A DNA stretch of 64,000 bases, from contig CAXXJJ010000001.1 of NCBI GenBank assembly GCA_963667015.2, positions 128,001-192,000 on the forward strand, in the 5' to 3' direction. Both the position numbers and the translations under genes were made by a program. The notes under the pieces are model-generated. The model was given only the letters and a program-made list of their open reading frames with translations, did not search any database and was not told where the DNA came from. This document shows positions 58,720 to 64,000 of this stretch, one piece after another; position 1 is the stretch's first letter; every line of letters starts with the position of its first letter. This DNA comes from Desulfatiglandales bacterium (GTDB lineage Bacteria; Desulfobacterota; DSM-4660; Desulfatiglandales; HGW-15).

Positions 58720-59858
58720 CTCCCGAACAGGTCCAGCAGCAGATCAACATGCTTTTCGTTATGTGCGGCTGTGAGTGCTATCCTTATCCTTGACTGTCCC
58801 CTGGGTACTGTGGGCGGACGGAATGTAGTTGCCAGCACATTGTTTTCTTCCAGCCAGCCCGATAACCTTAATGCCTCTTTTTCTTCACCTATTATTACAG
58901 GAATGATGTGCATTGTTGATTTTCCCGTATCATAGCCCATTTTACTCAATCCGCTTCGAAGTCTGTCAGAGTTGGCCATGAGCTCTTTTCGTTCTTTGTC
59001 CATTCCGGGTATCAGTTCAAGCGCAGCATCAATGGCACCTATTACTGCAGGCGGAAGGGCAGTCGTATAGATAAACCCGTTGCAGAAATTGATGAGGTAG
59101 TCTCTTATCATATTGTTTGATGAGATATATGCGCCAAAGGAACCAACCCCCTTTGAAAATGTCCCCATAACCATGTCCACATTTTTATTGCTGCTTATGC
59201 CCATGCCGTTTTTGCCGACGACACCAGTGGCATGGGCCTCGTCAACAAACAGCAGTGCATTATATTTTTCTGACAGGGATATCAGGGTATCAATATCGCA
59301 TACATCGCCGTCCATGCTGAAGATGGATTCCGTAACAATAAAATTTCTGGGATGATTTCCTGCGCTGGCTTTAAGAAGGTCCTCCAGGTGATCAAGATCA
59401 TTATGGCGAAAGGTATTCACGTAGCATCGCGAAAGTTTGCAGCCCTGAATAATGCTGTTATGATTCAGGAAGTCAGAAAAGATAAGGGTGTCCGAGTCAG
59501 CCAGTGCAGGCAGCAGCGATACATTTGCCTGAAATCCCGAGTTGAATACAATGGCTCCCTCGTGCCCGGTCAGGCGGGCAAGTTTATCTTCCAGTTTTTC
59601 AAAACAGTCGTAATTTCCGCATACGAGTCTTGATGCCGTTGAGCCGGCACCATATTTTTCGGTGTATTCGATTGCTCTTTGCTTAAGAAGGGGATGTGCT
59701 GCAAGCCCGAGATAATCATTGGAACAGAAGTTAATCATCTTCCGCCCGTTTACGTCAATCTCTGTATCCGCAAGAGGAACAACGGTCTTAAGGCTGCGGA
59801 AAAGATGATTGTTTTTGCGTTCTTCCAGTGCTGAGGTTATGAAATCATATTTATCCAT
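58704..59858 (-). CDS. bioF: 8-amino-7-oxononanoate synthase
   Basis: SNDYLGL, FSMDGD, DEAHA, GTFSK, RPPTVP. Confidence 0.95.
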   Translation of the reverse strand: MDKYDFITSALEERKNNHLFRSLKTVVPLADTEIDVNGRKMINFCSNDYLGLAAHPLLKQRAIEYTEKYGAGSTASRLVCGNYDCFEKLEDKLARLTGHEGAIVFNSGFQANVSLLPALADSDTLIFSDFLNHNSIIQGCKLSRCYVNTFRHNDLDHLEDLLKASAGNHPRNFIVTESIFSMDGDVCDIDTLISLSEKYNALLFVDEAHATGVVGKNGMGISSNKNVDMVMGTFSKGVGSFGAYISSNNMIRDYLINFCNGFIYTTALPPAVIGAIDAALELIPGMDKERKELMANSDRLRSGLSKMGYDTGKSTMHIIPVIIGEEKEALRLSGWLEENNVLATTFRPPTVPRGQSRIRIALTAAHNEKHVDLLLDLFGRWHKG

Positions 59859-59860
59859 TT

Positions 59861-61156
59861 TTACTGTCTCTGCCCGCTCACAATTTTTCTCATTGCACCG
59901 GTGATTTTATCAAGATCCTCATCAGAGATGATATATGGCGGCATGGTATATATAAGCCTTCCAAAGGGTCTGAGCCATACTCCCTCTTCTACCAGCAGGC
60001 GCTGTATGGATTCCATGTCAACCGGCTCTTTCATCTCAATAACCCCTATGGCCCCAAGAGCCCTAACATCTGCTACCGCAGGTGAGTCAGTGCACCCGGC
60101 CAGACCTTCTCTAAGCCGTTTCTCTATCTCAGCTACCCTTCTTTTCCAGGGCATGGAGAGCAGGAGCTTTACGCTGGCAAGGGCAACGGAGCATGCAAGG
60201 GGATTTGCCATAAATGTAGGCCCGTGCATAAAGGCGCCTTCTTTACCCGATGATATGGTATCGCTGACATGGCTGGCTGCAATTGTGGCGGCCATACTCA
60301 TGTAACCACCTGTAAGGGCCTTTCCCACGCACATGATATCAGGGGATATCTTTGCCTTTTCACAGGCAAAGAGGCTGCCTGACCTTCCAAAACCTGTTGC
60401 TATCTCATCGGCAATAAGAAGCACATTGTATTCACGTGAAAGTTCATGCGCCCTCTTAAGATATTCCGGGGAGTAGAACCTCATTCCGCCGGCGCCCTGT
60501 ACGACAGGTTCAAGGATAATGGCGGCTATTTCATTATTATGGTCATGAAGGATTTTTTCCATGCCCTTTATATCTTCTTCGTCCCATTCATCATTATAGC
60601 CTGTGCGCGGGGCATCCACAAAAAACTGCTCGGTAAGGACACCCTTAAAGAGATGGTGCATCCCGGTAACAGGATCGCAGACCGACATGGCTGCGAATGT
60701 ATCACCATGATACCCGGACCTGATGGTAAGCAGTTTCTTTTTTTCCGGTTGCCCTGCTGCATACCAGTACTGGATGGCCATCTTTATGGCGACCTCAACG
60801 GACACAGAACCTGAATCACAGAAAAAGACCTTTTCAAGATTTTCAGGGGTAATTTCTACGAGGAGAGATGCCAGTTCAACCGCCGGCGCATGTGTAAGCC
60901 CGCCGAACATGACGTGCGCAACTTTATTGACCTGGTTTTCAATTGCCCTGTTCAGAACAGGATGATTATAGCCATGGATTGCTGCCCACCAGGAAGACAT
61001 GCCGTCCACCAGCTCCCGGCCGTCCAGAAGTTTCAGCCTGACCCCGCTCGCAGATGCAACAGGATAAACAGGCAGCGGATCTTTCATGGAGGAGTAGGGG
61101 TGCCAGATATGTTCTCTATCAAACTCAAGAATATTTTCTTCGGATTTGCTGCTCAT
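59861..61156 (-). CDS. bioA: DAPA aminotransferase
   Basis: [27 protein letters not shown]. Confidence 0.96.
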   Translation of the reverse strand: MSSKSEENILEFDREHIWHPYSSMKDPLPVYPVASASGVRLKLLDGRELVDGMSSWWAAIHGYNHPVLNRAIENQVNKVAHVMFGGLTHAPAVELASLLVEITPENLEKVFFCDSGSVSVEVAIKMAIQYWYAAGQPEKKKLLTIRSGYHGDTFAAMSVCDPVTGMHHLFKGVLTEQFFVDAPRTGYNDEWDEEDIKGMEKILHDHNNEIAAIILEPVVQGAGGMRFYSPEYLKRAHELSREYNVLLIADEIATGFGRSGSLFACEKAKISPDIMCVGKALTGGYMSMAATIAASHVSDTISSGKEGAFMHGPTFMANPLACSVALASVKLLLSMPWKRRVAEIEKRLREGLAGCTDSPAVADVRALGAIGVIEMKEPVDMESIQRLLVEEGVWLRPFGRLIYTMPPYIISDEDLDKITGAMRKIVSGQRQ

Positions 61157-61235
61157 TAAATAAAAACCGCCTTGCTTCTTCACTTAGTTTTACAAGGTTA
61201 CAATACTTAAGCCCTGATTCATGTGAAGTCAACAA

Positions 61236-61982
61236 TTATATACCCAGGTCTCCCCACTCATACTGTATTATTGTTGAAAGGGCTATGGCCGCAGTTTCAG
61301 CCCTTAGAATTCTTGTTCCAAGGGAAACGGGTATAATGCCAGCTTCCCTAAGCTGATCGATTTCATTTTCTGTAAATCCCCCTTCAGGTCCGATGATGCC
61401 GGTAATGTCTCCGGAGGGGGGCACAGACCGGAGCTGTTCTTTAAGATCTGTGTTATTTTCACTTTCCCAGAGCACAACTTTAAATCCATCGGATTCATGA
61501 ATCAACTTTAACAAATCATTGAACATCAACGGATCGGATATCTCAACAGGAGAGGGGCGGCCAGACTGTTTTACCGCACTTCGGGCTATCTCTTTCCAGT
61601 GTCTTGTTTTATTTGAAGCATTATTTTCATCAAATTTGATTACTGTTCTCCCTGAATAAAAGGGTGTTATACGGGATACACCAAGTTCCGATGTCTTTTC
61701 TACCATATAGTCCATCATGCGGGGTTTAAGTACAGCCTGGCAGATATTTATTGCAACCGGGGATGAGGACAATTCCGGCAATTCCATGGTTATTCTTGCA
61801 GAGGCCTCATGCCGGGAAATATGCTCTATCACCGATTCGAAACGACGACCTTTCCCATCCATTAAGATAACACGGTCCCCCTGTTTCATTCGCAGGACTT
61901 TTATCATGTGCCTCACTTCCTTTTCAGGAAGAGAACATACTCCGTCTTCAGGATTTATTTCATCGATAAAAAAGCGTCTCAT
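61236..61982 (-). CDS. rsmE: 16S rRNA m3U1498 methyltransferase
   Basis: HMIKVLR, EKTSELGV, IGPEGGF, LGTRILRAETA. Confidence 0.95.
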   Translation of the reverse strand: MRRFFIDEINPEDGVCSLPEKEVRHMIKVLRMKQGDRVILMDGKGRRFESVIEHISRHEASARITMELPELSSSPVAINICQAVLKPRMMDYMVEKTSELGVSRITPFYSGRTVIKFDENNASNKTRHWKEIARSAVKQSGRPSPVEISDPLMFNDLLKLIHESDGFKVVLWESENNTDLKEQLRSVPPSGDITGIIGPEGGFTENEIDQLREAGIIPVSLGTRILRAETAAIALSTIIQYEWGDLGI

Positions 61983-62067
61983 ATATACCTTATGTAAAAA
62001 CCTTATCCCCCTGATATCAAAATCAAAATATTAAGTTAACATTTGAAGCAGGTCAAGTGTACTCCAT

Positions 62068-62095
62068 ATTTTCCACCTTGTAAAAAGCCTTTACA
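62068..62095. promoter_or_regulatory. Palindromic regulator site TGTAAA-N5-TTTACA (putative enhancer)
   Basis: 28-bp motif repeated with one mismatch at 63882-63909. Confidence 0.7.
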
Positions 62096-62187
62096 TCAAT
62101 AAGAGAAATTTAAATTAAAATATTTGCTGTCTCATATTTAAATCTAATAATAACAATGTGTTATAGTTGTTAAATATTTCACAAGGT

Positions 62188-62202
62188 TGGCATGAGCTTT
62201 GC
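62188..62202 (+). promoter_or_regulatory. Sigma54 -24/-12 promoter
   Basis: TGGCAT-GAGCT-TTGC upstream of acyl-CoA dehydrogenase. Confidence 0.75.
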
Positions 62203-62284
62203 CTTGTATCTATATAAAATATAAGGGCTGGAAGAGATAACCATTTTCAAAATAAAATAATAAAATAATCAGGGGGCAATTCTT

Positions 62285-63436
62285 ATGGAATTCAAACTTA
62301 ATGAAGAACATCAGATGATAAAGGATATGTGCAGGAAGTTTGCCGACAAGGAATTAAAGCCAATAGCAACTGAATATAACAGGCAGAAAAAATTTCCAAT
62401 GGAGCAGGTAAAAAAGCTGGGTGAAATGGGAATAATGGGGATCGTGTATCCCGAGGAGTATAACGGGGCCGGCATGGATTATATTTCCTATGCAATAGCT
62501 GTTGAAGAGATCTCGCGGGGCGGGGCCTCCACCGGTGTTACTGTATCAGCACATAATTCACTCTGTCTTTCACCGATCTATTATTTTGGAACTGAAGAAC
62601 AAAAGAAGAGATTCATGCCAAAATTGTGCACGGGCGAACATATAGGCTGCTTCGGTATTACAGAACCGGGAGCGGGTTCTGATGCGTCCGGAACGATTAC
62701 AAGGGCGGAGCGAAAAAACGGAAAATATGTACTTAACGGTTCCAAGACCTTTATTACAAACGGCGGGGTTGCTGATATAGCCGTCATTATGGCCAAGACA
62801 GAAAAGGATGCAGGTCACAAGGGTTTATCCATGTTTATAGTTGAAAAAGGAACACCCGGATTTTCCGTAGGAAAAACTGAAGGGAAAATGGGACTGATGT
62901 CTTCCTCTACCACGGAGTTAATTTTTGAAGACTGTGAAATTCCTGAAGAAAACCTGCTTGGTGGAGAAGGAAAGGGATTTAAGATAGCAATGCATACATT
63001 GGATGGCGGTCGTGTCGGTATTGCCGCCCAGGCAGTTGGCATTTCTCAGGCGGCAATGGAAGAGGCTATTGCCTATTCAAAGGAAAGAAGACAATTCAAT
63101 CAGTCAATATCCTCCTTTCAGGCCATACAATGGATGATCGCTGACATGGCTACGGATATAGAAGCCGCGAGATTACTGACATTTCAGGCAGCGGATATGA
63201 TGAATGGCGACGACAGGCAGAAATACTCCAAACAGTGCGCAATGGCAAAACTGTTTGCTTCGGAGGCTTCTCATCGTGTTACACACAAGGCACTGCAGAT
63301 ATTTGGAGGCTACGGCTATACAACTGAATACCCGATGGAAAGACATTGCCGCGATGCCAGGATTACTGAAATTTATGAGGGTACATCAGAGATAATGAGG
63401 CTTGTTATAGCGACCAATATGCTGAAATCTTCTTAA
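62285..63436 (+). CDS. Acyl-CoA (butyryl-CoA-type) dehydrogenase
   Basis: TEPGAGSD, NGSKTFITNG, GGYGY, IYEGTSEI. Confidence 0.95.
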   Translation: MEFKLNEEHQMIKDMCRKFADKELKPIATEYNRQKKFPMEQVKKLGEMGIMGIVYPEEYNGAGMDYISYAIAVEEISRGGASTGVTVSAHNSLCLSPIYYFGTEEQKKRFMPKLCTGEHIGCFGITEPGAGSDASGTITRAERKNGKYVLNGSKTFITNGGVADIAVIMAKTEKDAGHKGLSMFIVEKGTPGFSVGKTEGKMGLMSSSTTELIFEDCEIPEENLLGGEGKGFKIAMHTLDGGRVGIAAQAVGISQAAMEEAIAYSKERRQFNQSISSFQAIQWMIADMATDIEAARLLTFQAADMMNGDDRQKYSKQCAMAKLFASEASHRVTHKALQIFGGYGYTTEYPMERHCRDARITEIYEGTSEIMRLVIATNMLKSS

Positions 63437-63881
63437 TTGTAAAAGCGGCCGTTTTTTAAAATGGCTTTTTATATAACTTGAGAAAGAGGAGGTTAATCAG
63501 AGGAAAATCATTTTTATATGCAAACCAACAATTCCATATGAAAACGATATATGTGTTGAAATAGGCTTTAATATCGATGGATTAGATAGACATTAAGTGC
63601 TGCTGACTGGTTATTTTATAAAAAGTGTAACTATTTCCAGATGATAAAATAAAGAAAAACCAATAAAAATGGTTGCCAGTTTGATATCTCTAATATATGG
63701 TGTTTTATCATACAGGGATGATATTAAGGTCATCCCTGTGTAATTATCTCAATTTACAGAAGGGGAACAGAGTTATAGATTTATAACGTTATTGAGTCAT
63801 AGATAGTCAGTCAGCCTACCATATATTCTTCTAAATAATGGTAACCTGGAATAACAGGTTAGCATGAATAGCAGTTTCCAG

Positions 63882-63909
63882 ATTTTCCACGTTGTAAAAA
63901 GCCTTTACA
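63882..63909. promoter_or_regulatory. Second copy of TGTAAA-N5-TTTACA site
   Basis: ATTTTCCACGTTGTAAAAAGCCTTTACA. Confidence 0.65.
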
Positions 63910-64000
63910 CATAAAAGAAAAGTTCGGATCAGATAATATTTTGGTATGCAATTATATCTGTAATATCAGTGTATTACAGGGTAAGGTAGTTCGTAGGCAC

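Noticed and set aside
61160..61240. BirA operator upstream of bioA
   Set aside because: Only half-site-like sequences; no properly spaced palindrome

Overview
AT-rich bacterial chromosome segment; gene content and style suggest a Desulfobacterota-like anaerobe (inference only). The backbone is housekeeping and signalling genes: dnaE, ydbH-ynbE-ydbL, rubrerythrin, ttcA, yggS, a fused carboxyltransferase, purN-like, bioAFDB, rsmE and an acyl-CoA dehydrogenase. Two accessory blocks interrupt it. (1) ~17.5-29.3 kb is a minus-strand integron array of about 18 cassettes. attC quality decays with distance from the attI end, and the integrase survives only as a promoter, an RBS and ~14 codons. The array holds a duplicated ORF-less palindrome-rich cassette and a group II intron 3' relic, and a candidate ~450-nt structured RNA lies just beyond its distal end (16.57-17.02 kb). 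(2) ~43.5-51.4 kb is a 7.8-kb island bounded by identical 22-bp direct repeats. It carries a PIN/Phd TA pair, an HUH (RAYT-type) transposase with terminal inverted repeats, a second integrase-less cassette array and an orphan ParB-methyltransferase fusion. An unusual ExeA ATPase / degenerate HD-GYP / Wzc-SPOR operon follows. All calls come from reading the sequence by eye; no searches or folding programs were run.
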